A DNA stretch of 64,000 nt from an uncultured Lachnospiraceae bacterium. Lineage in GTDB: Bacteria > Bacillota > Clostridia > Lachnospirales > Lachnospiraceae. The DNA lies in contig CAJUAE010000009.1 in the NCBI GenBank assembly GCA_910583965.1, positions 911-64,910 of the forward strand, in the 5' to 3' direction. Positions 8,909 through 17,283 of the stretch are shown in pieces. The translations under genes were made by a program, and so were the position numbers. The notes below the pieces were generated by a model. The model searched no databases. It was given only the letters and a program-made list of their open reading frames with translations, and was not told where the DNA came from. Numbering within the stretch: position 1 is the stretch's first letter; each line of letters starts with the position of its first letter.

Positions 8909-8995
8909 GACCCGTGCAGAGGAAATAAGCCGCTAAGGCGGCGCACGGGTCGCGCGGCGAGTCGGGAAAGAGAAACTTTTCTACTCGATTGCACA
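8909..8995 (+). mobile_element. two-hairpin miniature insertion, copy A1, between TGCACA repeats
   Basis: Hairpins GACCCGTGC...GCACGGGTC and CGAGT...ACTCG. TGCACA at 8903-8908 and 8990-8995. Homologous to 31061-31146 and 55278-55366. Confidence 0.7.
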
Positions 8996-9050
8996 CGAGT
9001 GTCCGCCCTATAGAATTAGTTGTACAAATTGCCCTTAGTGAGCAAATTCC

Positions 9051-9092
9051 CACATACAATTTGCACAATTAATTTTGTATGGCGGAACTGTT
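9051..9092 (-). repeat. right arm of the 42-bp inverted repeat
   Basis: The reverse complement AACAGTTCCGCCATACAAAATTAATTGTGCAAATTGTATGTG matches 7677-7718. Confidence 0.85.
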
Positions 9093-9225
9093 ATAAAATT
9101 GTATACAATTGTGCAAAAAATTTGAATTTTATAAAAATTTGGTGAAATTTATATGTGACAAATATAAATAATAGGTGTACAATGATATCGAATATACTGA
9201 TAAAAAATGGAAGGAAATTATACAA

Positions 9226-9864
9226 GTGAGATTAAGAAATGTAACTGGTTCGCGGGAAGTAATCGCAGAAAGTTGTTTTGTGGTGCAGGAGCCTATTGCA
9301 CATAGGGGAAAATGGGGTGCGCTATTTGGAAATCAAAATCCAATACACATTGAGATTGGAATGGGAAAAGGACGCTTTCTAATGGAGCTTGCAGCCCTAA
9401 ATCCAGAGATTAATTTTATTGGCATAGAGAAATATTCTACTGTGTTATTGCGTGCAATTCAGAAGATGGAAGTACAAGAGCTCGACAATTTGCGATTTAT
9501 TCGTATGGATGCAGAAGAAATCTGCGCAGTGTTTGGGTGTGGTGAGATTGCACAGATTTATTTAAATTTTTCTGACCCTTGGCCGAAAGATAGACATGCC
9601 AAAAGACGTCTTCCGTCTCGACAGTTCCTTGCGCGCTACCATGAGATTTTGGCGCCAGATGGGCGAATTGCATTTAAGACAGACAATGCAGACTTATTTG
9701 AATTTGCACTTGCGGAGATTGATGCCGCGGGCTGGAAGATTGAGGCAATGACAAAGGATTTGCATCATGACGAAAAGATGTTAGCTGGAAATATTATGAC
9801 AGAGTATGAGGAAAAATTTTCAGCAATGGGGAATCCTATTTATAAGTATATTATTTATCGATAA
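9226..9864 (+). CDS. trmB: tRNA (guanine46-N7)-methyltransferase
   Basis: Collinear with TrmB from the (V)RLRN start. Motifs NPIHIEIGMGKG, YLNFSDPWPKDRHAKRRL and NIMTEYEEKFS. GTG 9226 preferred over the ORF-track start at 9175. Confidence 0.9.
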   Translation: MRLRNVTGSREVIAESCFVVQEPIAHRGKWGALFGNQNPIHIEIGMGKGRFLMELAALNPEINFIGIEKYSTVLLRAIQKMEVQELDNLRFIRMDAEEICAVFGCGEIAQIYLNFSDPWPKDRHAKRRLPSRQFLARYHEILAPDGRIAFKTDNADLFEFALAEIDAAGWKIEAMTKDLHHDEKMLAGNIMTEYEEKFSAMGNPIYKYIIYR

Positions 9865-9878
9865 AAGGAGGCGAAGAA

Positions 9879-10337
9879 ATGTTTGTCTTGTTTTTTCTGC
9901 TGTGGATTATATTTAACGGACAGATTACCTTGGAGATTGTGTTGTTTGGATTGGTAATTTCAGCGGCGGTGTACTGGTTTATCTGTCAGTTTATGAATTA
10001 TAGTTTTCGGCGGGAGCTTGCCTATCTGAAAAAAGGTGGTTATCTGATACAATATTTGTATTATCTCTTAAAGGAGATTGTGAAAGCAAACTTTGCGACA
10101 ATAAAATTAATTTGTTCCGCAGGTAGGGTGGTAGAACCAGTAGTTATTGTGTTTGAGATACCTTTTAAGACAGACACGGCAAAATTTTTGCTTGCAAATT
10201 CTATTACATTAACGCCTGGAACAATCACAGTTGCCGTGGATGGGGACAAGTTTATTGTGCACTGTCTGGATAAGACCTTGGCAGAAGGGATAGAGTCTTC
10301 TATCTTTGTGCGGCTTTTAGAAAAAATTGAGGCATGA
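9879..10337 (+). CDS. mrpE: Mrp/Mnh antiporter subunit E (MbhA-like)
   Basis: MnhE-like N-terminus (LWIIFNGQITLEIVLFGLVIS) and position in the cluster. Confidence 0.8.
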   Translation: MFVLFFLLWIIFNGQITLEIVLFGLVISAAVYWFICQFMNYSFRRELAYLKKGGYLIQYLYYLLKEIVKANFATIKLICSAGRVVEPVVIVFEIPFKTDTAKFLLANSITLTPGTITVAVDGDKFIVHCLDKTLAEGIESSIFVRLLEKIEA

Positions 10338-10371
10338 TTCGGATATATTCGATTAGAAAGGATAGGAACCT

Positions 10372-10713
10372 ATGAACAGTGGAAATGTTAGGTTGGAAAC
10401 AGTGTTTGAGATTGTTATGACTGTTTTTCCAGTCATATTGGCGTTGATGGTGTTTCTGTGTCTAATACGGGCAATCAAAGGACCGCGTATTGCGGATCGC
10501 ATTGTGGCAATTAATATGATGGGAACGCTTACGATGGTGATTATTGCCATTCTTGCAGTGAAAATGAATGAGGGATATCTTGTTGATATCTGCATTATTT
10601 ATGCTATGATTTCATTTTTGGCGGTAACTCTTTTGACAAAAGTGTATATGGGTGTGTACGCTGAGCGAAAAAAGAAGGAGGCAGAAAAACATGACAGCAC
10701 TACTCTGGATTAA
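10372..10713 (+). CDS. mrpF: Mrp/Mnh antiporter subunit F
   Basis: Motif IRAIKGPRIADRIVAINMMGT is typical of MrpF/PhaF; 3 TM helices. Confidence 0.85.
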   Translation: MNSGNVRLETVFEIVMTVFPVILALMVFLCLIRAIKGPRIADRIVAINMMGTLTMVIIAILAVKMNEGYLVDICIIYAMISFLAVTLLTKVYMGVYAERKKKEAEKHDSTTLD

Positions 10714-11047
10714 ATTTTTTGTAGGAATCACTTTGTTATTGTGTGGTATTGTAGTATTTGGAATTGAATTATTTGGGGTGTTTCGGTTTGGCTATGTCTT
10801 AAACAGAATGCATGCGGCGGCATTGGGGGATACGCTTGGCATTGCGCTGAGTATGGGAGGTCTTATTGTGTTGTGTGGTTTGAATTTCATAGCACTCAAA
10901 ATGATTTTGGTAGTAGTCTTTTTGTGGTTTGCCTCTCCTGTATCGTCTCATGTGCTTGCGCGTTTTGAGGTGGTGACAAATGAGGAACTTGTCAAAGAAT
11001 GTGATGTGGAGGCGCTTTCAGAAGAAAAGCAGAATGGGAGGGAATAA
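10691..11047 (+). CDS. mrpG: Mrp/Mnh antiporter subunit G
   Basis: Motif RFGYVLNRMHAAALGDTLG (MnhG/PhaG). ATG 10691 behind AAGGAGG. Confidence 0.85.
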   Translation: MTALLWIKFFVGITLLLCGIVVFGIELFGVFRFGYVLNRMHAAALGDTLGIALSMGGLIVLCGLNFIALKMILVVVFLWFASPVSSHVLARFEVVTNEELVKECDVEALSEEKQNGRE

Positions 11048-11051
11048 AAGT

Positions 11052-11339
11052 ATGCAGGTATTTCAGATTGTATTGTTTGTATTTCTGATTGTGTGTGCAA
11101 TTTCAGTAAGCTTTTCTAAAAATTTGCTCAACTCGATTATAATCTTTATGTCTTATAGTTTGATTATGTCCATTATATGGATTTTATTGGAATCGCCAGA
11201 CCTTGCGATTACAGAAGCAGCGGTTGGAGCGGGGATTACAAGTATTTTGTTTTTTGTCACACTCAAAAAAATTCATGCGATTGTGGCAATTGACGAGGAC
11301 AAAGAGGATGTTATAGATAAGAAGGGGGGAACAAAATGA
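11052..11339 (+). CDS. MrpB N-terminal-like small subunit (DUF4040/MbhD-like)
   Basis: Motif ESPDLAITEAAVGAGITSILF; 3 TM helices. Confidence 0.8.
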   Translation: MQVFQIVLFVFLIVCAISVSFSKNLLNSIIIFMSYSLIMSIIWILLESPDLAITEAAVGAGITSILFFVTLKKIHAIVAIDEDKEDVIDKKGGTK

Positions 11340-12298
11340 GCCGTCTATTATCTGAGGAAGAATACCGCAAGACAACAGCATTTAAAATTAGACGCTGGTA
11401 TCGCGGGGAAAAAGACCCTTATGTTGGCACTGTGGAATTAAAGCCGCAAACACCTTTTGCGGAGGATATTAATGCCATGAAACACCGCGTCCACGACGAG
11501 GCAATCTTAAGAAGAAAAATTTATGATGTTGAACACAATCGAAAACTTCAGATTTTTTCTAAATTTTATCGGGTTGTTTCAGTACTGTTTGTGTTTATGT
11601 TAATTGGAATCCTGCTGTATATGGTATCCTATTTGCCGCCGGTGGGAAATGCGGCAAATCCAGATAACAATGAGGTTGCCACCAAGTATATTGAAGATGC
11701 CATGAAGGATACAGGAGCAGTGAATATTGTCACAGGTATGATTTTGGACTATCGTGCTTTTGATACGCTTGGTGAGTCTAATGTACTGTTTATTGCCACA
11801 TGCACAGTGTTGATTCTACTGCGGGTGGACAATCGGTCAAAGAAGGAGGAGGAGGAGGCAAACGACCGCCTTTATGAACCGAAAAATGATATTATTTTAC
11901 AGAAAGTTGCTTTTTTTCTTGTTCCAATGATTATTATTTTTGGCATCTATGTGATTTTAAACGGACATTTGTCACCAGGAGGCGGTTTTTCTGGTGGTGC
12001 AATTATTGGTTCTGGACTGATTTTATATGTCAATGCTTTTGGCTTTAAAAAGATTGAACGCTTTTTTACGCAGAAGACGTATAAGTGGATTTGCTTTGTG
12101 GCGTTATTATTTTACTGTCTTGCAAAAACATATTCCTTTTATTGTGGAGCACATCATCTTGAGACAGGGATTCCGCTGGGAACGCCAGGAGCAATCTTAA
12201 GTTCTGGTTTGATTCTACCACTCAATATCTGCGTTGGCATGGTGGTTGCCTGTACAATGTATGCATTCTACGCCATGTTTCGCAAAGGAGGGTTTTAA
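11336..12298 (+). CDS. mrpB: MnhB-domain subunit (MbhE/F-like) with ~75-aa hydrophilic N-terminal extension
   Basis: MnhB signature NGHLSPGGGFSGGAIIGS. Confidence 0.8.
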   Translation: MSRLLSEEEYRKTTAFKIRRWYRGEKDPYVGTVELKPQTPFAEDINAMKHRVHDEAILRRKIYDVEHNRKLQIFSKFYRVVSVLFVFMLIGILLYMVSYLPPVGNAANPDNNEVATKYIEDAMKDTGAVNIVTGMILDYRAFDTLGESNVLFIATCTVLILLRVDNRSKKEEEEANDRLYEPKNDIILQKVAFFLVPMIIIFGIYVILNGHLSPGGGFSGGAIIGSGLILYVNAFGFKKIERFFTQKTYKWICFVALLFYCLAKTYSFYCGAHHLETGIPLGTPGAILSSGLILPLNICVGMVVACTMYAFYAMFRKGGF

Positions 12299-12299
12299 T

Positions 12300-12674
12300 A
12301 TGGGAGGAAATTTGCTTGCAAATTACGGGGAAGCAGTTGCTATGATTTTGTTTGGCATTGGATTTTCCAATCTTCTTCTACAAAAAAACCTGATTAAAAA
12401 AATTATTGGTTTGAATATAATGGACACAGCAACCTATCTTTTTCTTGCAGAAAAAGGTTATATTGCCGGGAGAGTGGCACCAATCGTTGTGAATGGGAAC
12501 ACTAGTGTGGAGATGTATATTAATCCAGTTCCAAGTGGACTTGTACTGACGGGGATTGTTGTGTCTGTGTCAGTGACAGCGCTGATGCTCTCACTTACAA
12601 TTCGGCTTTATAGAAGATATCACACACTAGATATGGATGAGATTTCAACCATGCTTAAGAAGGAGGACCAGTGA
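12300..12674 (+). CDS. mrpC: Mrp antiporter subunit C (NuoK-like)
   Basis: ~125 aa, 3 TM, NuoK/MnhC-like (IIGLNIMDTATYLF). Confidence 0.8.
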   Translation: MGGNLLANYGEAVAMILFGIGFSNLLLQKNLIKKIIGLNIMDTATYLFLAEKGYIAGRVAPIVVNGNTSVEMYINPVPSGLVLTGIVVSVSVTALMLSLTIRLYRRYHTLDMDEISTMLKKEDQ

Positions 12675-14191
12675 TGGACTTTATACAGAATTTTCCATTT
12701 TTTAGCATTCTGCTGTCGCTTGGTTCTGGGGTTTTGACATCGATAATGAGCAAGCAGGTGGCCCGTTTGTGGAACACATTTATTTTGGTTGTGATTACTG
12801 TGATGTCGGCTGTCTTGTTTGTATATATGCTGGAAGTACAAGAACCCTATACCTTTATGATGGGACACTTTCCGGCGCCTTGGGGAAATGAGATTCGGGC
12901 AGGAGTTCTTGAAGCCGGAATGGCACTCTTTTTCTGTCTGATAATGTTTCTCTCCCTGATAGGAGGTCAAGAACATCTTGATGCCGAGATTGAGGATACC
13001 AAAATTAATCTTTACTATATTATGATTAATTTGCTTCTAAGCTCGCTGCTTGCATTGATTTACACAAACGACCTTTTTACGGCGTATGTCTTTGTAGAAA
13101 TTAATACAATCAGCGCATGTGGCTTGATTATGATTACACAGAGTGGACGAACGATTGAGGCAGCAACACGCTATATGATTATGGCTTCCCTTGGTTCAGG
13201 ATTACTCTTAATGGGGCTTTGCGTTCTGTATGATATTACAGGACATTTGTTGATGAGTAATATCAAAAGTAGCATTGCGTATGTCTATGCACAAGGAATT
13301 TATAATATTCCACTGATTGCTTCTATTGGTATGGTGGTGGTTGGTCTTGCTATCAAAAGTGCACTTTATCCGTTTCACACGTGGCTTCCAGATGCATATG
13401 GTTACTCCACAGTATCCAGTGCGGCGATTTTGTCAAGCCTTGTATCAAAAGGGTATATTTTTCTGTTAATCAAGATTTTTTTCCGTGTGGTTGGTTTTGA
13501 GATTATTGTGAATACAAGGATTGTTAATATCTTGTTTGTGTTTGGTCTTCTCGGTATGATTATGGGGTCAATCAACGCAATTTTGGAAAATGATATTCGG
13601 CGTATGATCGCTTTTTCATCGGTCGCTCAGATTGGATATATTTATATGGGATTTGGACTTGGGACAACAATGGGCATTGTGGCAAGTATTTTTCATATTT
13701 TATCGCACGCCTCGACAAAATCACTTTTGTTTGTTGCGGGGGCAGGACTTACCGATGCTTCTGGGGAAAGTAGGAAATTTGCGGATTTAACAGGAAGTGG
13801 ATTTCGGAATCCTATGGCGGGAGTTGCGTTTTCAATCGGTGCATGTTCTATGGTAGGAATCCCGCTATTTTCTGGATTTATTTCAAAAATGCAGTTTGCG
13901 GAAGCAGCCGTACAGAACAGTTTGCAGAAAATGCTTCCAACGCTGATTTGTCTGGCGGTTAGCACTGTACTCAATGCCATTTATTTTATGAAGACTGTTA
14001 TACGCATTTATACACCTGTCAGCAAAAATATGAAAAAAACGCAGGCGGGAGAGGCAGCAATGATTGGCATTAAGGAGCATCCGTTATATAATACAGCATT
14101 AATATTGATGATTTTGTTAAATGTTGTGCTTGGGTGTTGTTCTCAGCCAATTGTAGACTGGATTACCGATGGTTTAGCCATGTTTGGATGA
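12674..14191 (+). CDS. antiporter-like subunit (MrpD/NuoN family), paralogue 1
   Basis: Proton-conducting membrane transporter fold with motifs KSALYPFHTWLPDAY and FHILSHASTKSLLF. ATG 12674 lies 7 nt after AGGAGG. Confidence 0.88.
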   Translation: MDFIQNFPFFSILLSLGSGVLTSIMSKQVARLWNTFILVVITVMSAVLFVYMLEVQEPYTFMMGHFPAPWGNEIRAGVLEAGMALFFCLIMFLSLIGGQEHLDAEIEDTKINLYYIMINLLLSSLLALIYTNDLFTAYVFVEINTISACGLIMITQSGRTIEAATRYMIMASLGSGLLLMGLCVLYDITGHLLMSNIKSSIAYVYAQGIYNIPLIASIGMVVVGLAIKSALYPFHTWLPDAYGYSTVSSAAILSSLVSKGYIFLLIKIFFRVVGFEIIVNTRIVNILFVFGLLGMIMGSINAILENDIRRMIAFSSVAQIGYIYMGFGLGTTMGIVASIFHILSHASTKSLLFVAGAGLTDASGESRKFADLTGSGFRNPMAGVAFSIGACSMVGIPLFSGFISKMQFAEAAVQNSLQKMLPTLICLAVSTVLNAIYFMKTVIRIYTPVSKNMKKTQAGEAAMIGIKEHPLYNTALILMILLNVVLGCCSQPIVDWITDGLAMFG

Positions 14192-14206
14192 TAGGGAAGG
14201 AGTGCG

Positions 14207-15757
14207 ATGAATTACATGATTTTGGTTTCGGTTGTCCTGCCTATACTAGTGGGAGTTATTCTGCTTTTTTTGCCAGCGAATGTATTGAAGAATAGGCAGT
14301 ATCTTTTAAAAGTGACAGGGTTGTCATTTTTGGTGTGTGCATTTGTGGCAGGTTATGTAGTGAGTGGTGCAGCGGGGGACAGGCAGGTCTTATTTTATAT
14401 CGTTGACAAGATTCCAGTATACTTTGCGATAGATAGTCTTGGGAAATTTTTTGCAGGGATTGTAATTGCTATATTTTTGTTAGCAGGATGTTTTTCCTTT
14501 GTCTATATGGCCCATGAGCAGAATGAAAAGAGATACTATGGCTTTTATCTAATAACATTTGGTGTGCTGATGGGGCTGTGTTTTGCAGGAAATCTTGTGA
14601 CGCTCTATCTTTTCTATGAGTTTATGACGCTTGCCTCTATGCCATTAGTGATTCACTCTGGCACAAAAGAGGCTGTTATGGCTAGCTTAAAGTATTTGTT
14701 TTACTCTTTTTGTGGTGCATATATGGCGCTGTTTGGCATTTATTTTTTGTATCAATATGCCTTGACGTTTGAGGCTTCTGTCTCTGGCGCTTTGGGGATT
14801 GCACAGTACAGCGAGACAGCGCGCATGATGGAGTTTGTACCAGGTGGTTGGCTGGATACAGAGGCTGTTGCACTGTCAGGAAATACTGAAATGTGTCTTG
14901 TCGCAGTATTTTTAATGATTGTGGGATTTGGCGTGAAAGCGGGGTGTTTTCCGTTTCATGCATGGCTTCCAACAGCACACCCTGTTGCACCTGCACCTGC
15001 CTCCGCATTTCTGTCGGGTATTATTGTAAAGGGTGGTGTCCTCGCATTAATTCGGACCGTATATTATTGCGTTGGTGCAGAGTTTCTGCGTGGCACTTGG
15101 GTGCAAATGGTTTGGGGTATCCTTGCGGTAGTGACACTTATAATGGGGTCAGTACTTGCATTTAAAGAGCGCGTGCTCAAAAAACGCCTTGCTTACTCGA
15201 CAGTTTCTAATCTTTCGTATATACTATTGGGATTGTCTATGTTAAATTTAACTGCATTTACAGGGAGTTTGTTACATGTGATATTTCATGCAGCAATAAA
15301 AAGTGCGCTGTTTCTTTTTGCAGGTGCATTAATTTTTGTAACAGGACGAACAAAAGTTAATGAATATATAGGACTTGGCAAAAAGATGCCAATTCTTTTT
15401 GGGAGTTATACAATTGTGTCACTAGGATTGGTTGGCATTCCGCCGACAAGTGGGATTGTGAGCAAATGGTATCTGGCGACTGGATGTCTTGAGAGTGATT
15501 TGACAGGACTCTCTTGGATTGGTCCGGCTGCACTGTTAGTCTCAGCGCTTTTGACAGCGGGATATTTACTTCCAATCAGTGTCAATGCTTTTCTAAAAGA
15601 ACCTGACTATGAGGTGATGCGCAATGACTACAAAGAACCGCATCTGTTAATGCTAATACCAATTGCATTACTTGCAACAATCACTTTTGCGTTTGGATTA
15701 TATCCTGTACCATGGACGCAATGGATACAAAATGGGATTGCCGCTGGATTATTTTAG
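14207..15757 (+). CDS. antiporter-like subunit (MrpD/NuoM family), paralogue 2
   Basis: Motifs KAGCFPFHAWLPTAH and HVIFHAAIKSALF. Confidence 0.88.
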   Translation: MNYMILVSVVLPILVGVILLFLPANVLKNRQYLLKVTGLSFLVCAFVAGYVVSGAAGDRQVLFYIVDKIPVYFAIDSLGKFFAGIVIAIFLLAGCFSFVYMAHEQNEKRYYGFYLITFGVLMGLCFAGNLVTLYLFYEFMTLASMPLVIHSGTKEAVMASLKYLFYSFCGAYMALFGIYFLYQYALTFEASVSGALGIAQYSETARMMEFVPGGWLDTEAVALSGNTEMCLVAVFLMIVGFGVKAGCFPFHAWLPTAHPVAPAPASAFLSGIIVKGGVLALIRTVYYCVGAEFLRGTWVQMVWGILAVVTLIMGSVLAFKERVLKKRLAYSTVSNLSYILLGLSMLNLTAFTGSLLHVIFHAAIKSALFLFAGALIFVTGRTKVNEYIGLGKKMPILFGSYTIVSLGLVGIPPTSGIVSKWYLATGCLESDLTGLSWIGPAALLVSALLTAGYLLPISVNAFLKEPDYEVMRNDYKEPHLLMLIPIALLATITFAFGLYPVPWTQWIQNGIAAGLF

Positions 15758-15773
15758 AAAGGGGAAGAAGATC

Positions 15774-17267
15774 ATGATTTTGGGTTTGATGCTTACAGTG
15801 ATACTGCTTCCTTTTGCAGGCGGTATGTTATTACAGATAATAAAGTTTAAGAACAAGCGAAACAAAGAGTGTTATATTTTTTTGTATGTACTCGTCAATA
15901 CATTATTGACGTATGTGTTGCTATCACATGGCCCGACAGAATTGATTCGCGTGATTAATTTTGCTGGGGCAAAGCTTGATTTTTCTTTAAAAATAGATGG
16001 CATGAGCATGGTGTTTGCGGGGTTGGTATCGACACTCTGGCCACTGGCCACGCTGTATTCTTTTCCCTATATGGAACATGAACACAATGGGCGCGTTCAC
16101 GAAAACATATTTTATATGTTCTACACTGCGACTTATGGTGTGACTCTTGGCGTTGCTATGTCAGGAAATATGTTGACAATGTATTGTTTTTATGAGTTGC
16201 TTACACTGGTGACAGTTCCGCTAGTAATGCATACTTTGACCAGAGAGGCAGTTCACGCAAGTCGCAAGTATTTTTACTATTCGCTTGGAGGTGCCGCCTT
16301 TGCATTTATCGGTTTAATTTTTCTGGTGGTTTATGGGAATAGTCTTGCATTTACCTATGGCGGTGTACTAAATGTATCGCAGACAGATGACAAGAAGAAC
16401 TTATTATTGTTTATTTATGTGTTGGCATTTATGGGATTTGGGGTGAAGGCTGCAGTCTGTCCGTTTAATGCGTGGCTTCCGCAAGCGGGTGTAGCACCGA
16501 CACCAGTCACAGCACTTTTACATGCAGTGGCAGTCGTAAAATCAGGTGCATTTGCAATTATGCGTTTGACATATTATAGTTTTGGCACAGATTTTCTGCG
16601 CGGAACTTGGGCTCAGTACCTTCTTTTGTGTGTTGTAATCTTTACAATTGTGTATGGCTGTAGTATGGCTGTAAAAGAGACACATATGAAACGCAGACTT
16701 GCTTTTTCGACGATTTCTAATCTGTCGTATATATTGTTTGGCGTGCTGATTATGACGCCGCTTGGCCTTGTCGGGGCATTGTGTCATATGGTGTTTCATG
16801 GTGTGATGAAGATTTGCTCGTTTTTCTGTGCAGGTGCAATGATCACACAGGCACATGTAAATTATGTGTATGAGACGGATGGATTGGCGAAAAAAATGCC
16901 AAAAATATTTGCAATTTTTACAATATCTTCGTTTGCGCTGATGGGAGTGCCAGGGCTTTGTGGTTTTGTGTCGAAATGGCATCTTGCGAAAGCTGCCTTT
17001 GCAAGTGGTGATATACTGATAATTGCAGGAGTGGGAGGGCTTTTAATCTCGGCGTTGCTCACGGCGATTTATATGCTTAGTGTTGTGATTCGCGCATATT
17101 TTCCCGGAAATGATTTCAATGATGAAAAGTTACAGGATAATATTCATGACCCTGATTGGCGCATGGTATTTCCATTGTTTTTATTTGTGGTTGTAATGGT
17201 GGTGATTGGTGTATATAGCGCGCCGCTTGTAAAATTCTTTACAAGTGTGGCAGGCGGTCGAATCTAA
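15774..17267 (+). CDS. antiporter-like subunit (MrpD/NuoM family), paralogue 3
   Basis: Motifs KAAVCPFNAWLPQA and HMVFHGVMKICSF. ATG 15774 behind GGGGAAGAAG. Confidence 0.88.
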   Translation: MILGLMLTVILLPFAGGMLLQIIKFKNKRNKECYIFLYVLVNTLLTYVLLSHGPTELIRVINFAGAKLDFSLKIDGMSMVFAGLVSTLWPLATLYSFPYMEHEHNGRVHENIFYMFYTATYGVTLGVAMSGNMLTMYCFYELLTLVTVPLVMHTLTREAVHASRKYFYYSLGGAAFAFIGLIFLVVYGNSLAFTYGGVLNVSQTDDKKNLLLFIYVLAFMGFGVKAAVCPFNAWLPQAGVAPTPVTALLHAVAVVKSGAFAIMRLTYYSFGTDFLRGTWAQYLLLCVVIFTIVYGCSMAVKETHMKRRLAFSTISNLSYILFGVLIMTPLGLVGALCHMVFHGVMKICSFFCAGAMITQAHVNYVYETDGLAKKMPKIFAIFTISSFALMGVPGLCGFVSKWHLAKAAFASGDILIIAGVGGLLISALLTAIYMLSVVIRAYFPGNDFNDEKLQDNIHDPDWRMVFPLFLFVVVMVVIGVYSAPLVKFFTSVAGGRI

Positions 17268-17283
17268 GGAGGGGTGTTGCAAA

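Noticed and set aside
8880-9068. 62-aa minus-strand ORFs at 8880..9068 and 55189..55377 share a conserved peptide (…CAALAAYFLC.GLCIK…)
   Set aside because: The similarity is simply the nucleotide repeat (two-hairpin element plus terminator) read in one frame. The third copy at 31053-31171 has no comparable ORF, there is no RBS, and the frame runs through a terminator hairpin.
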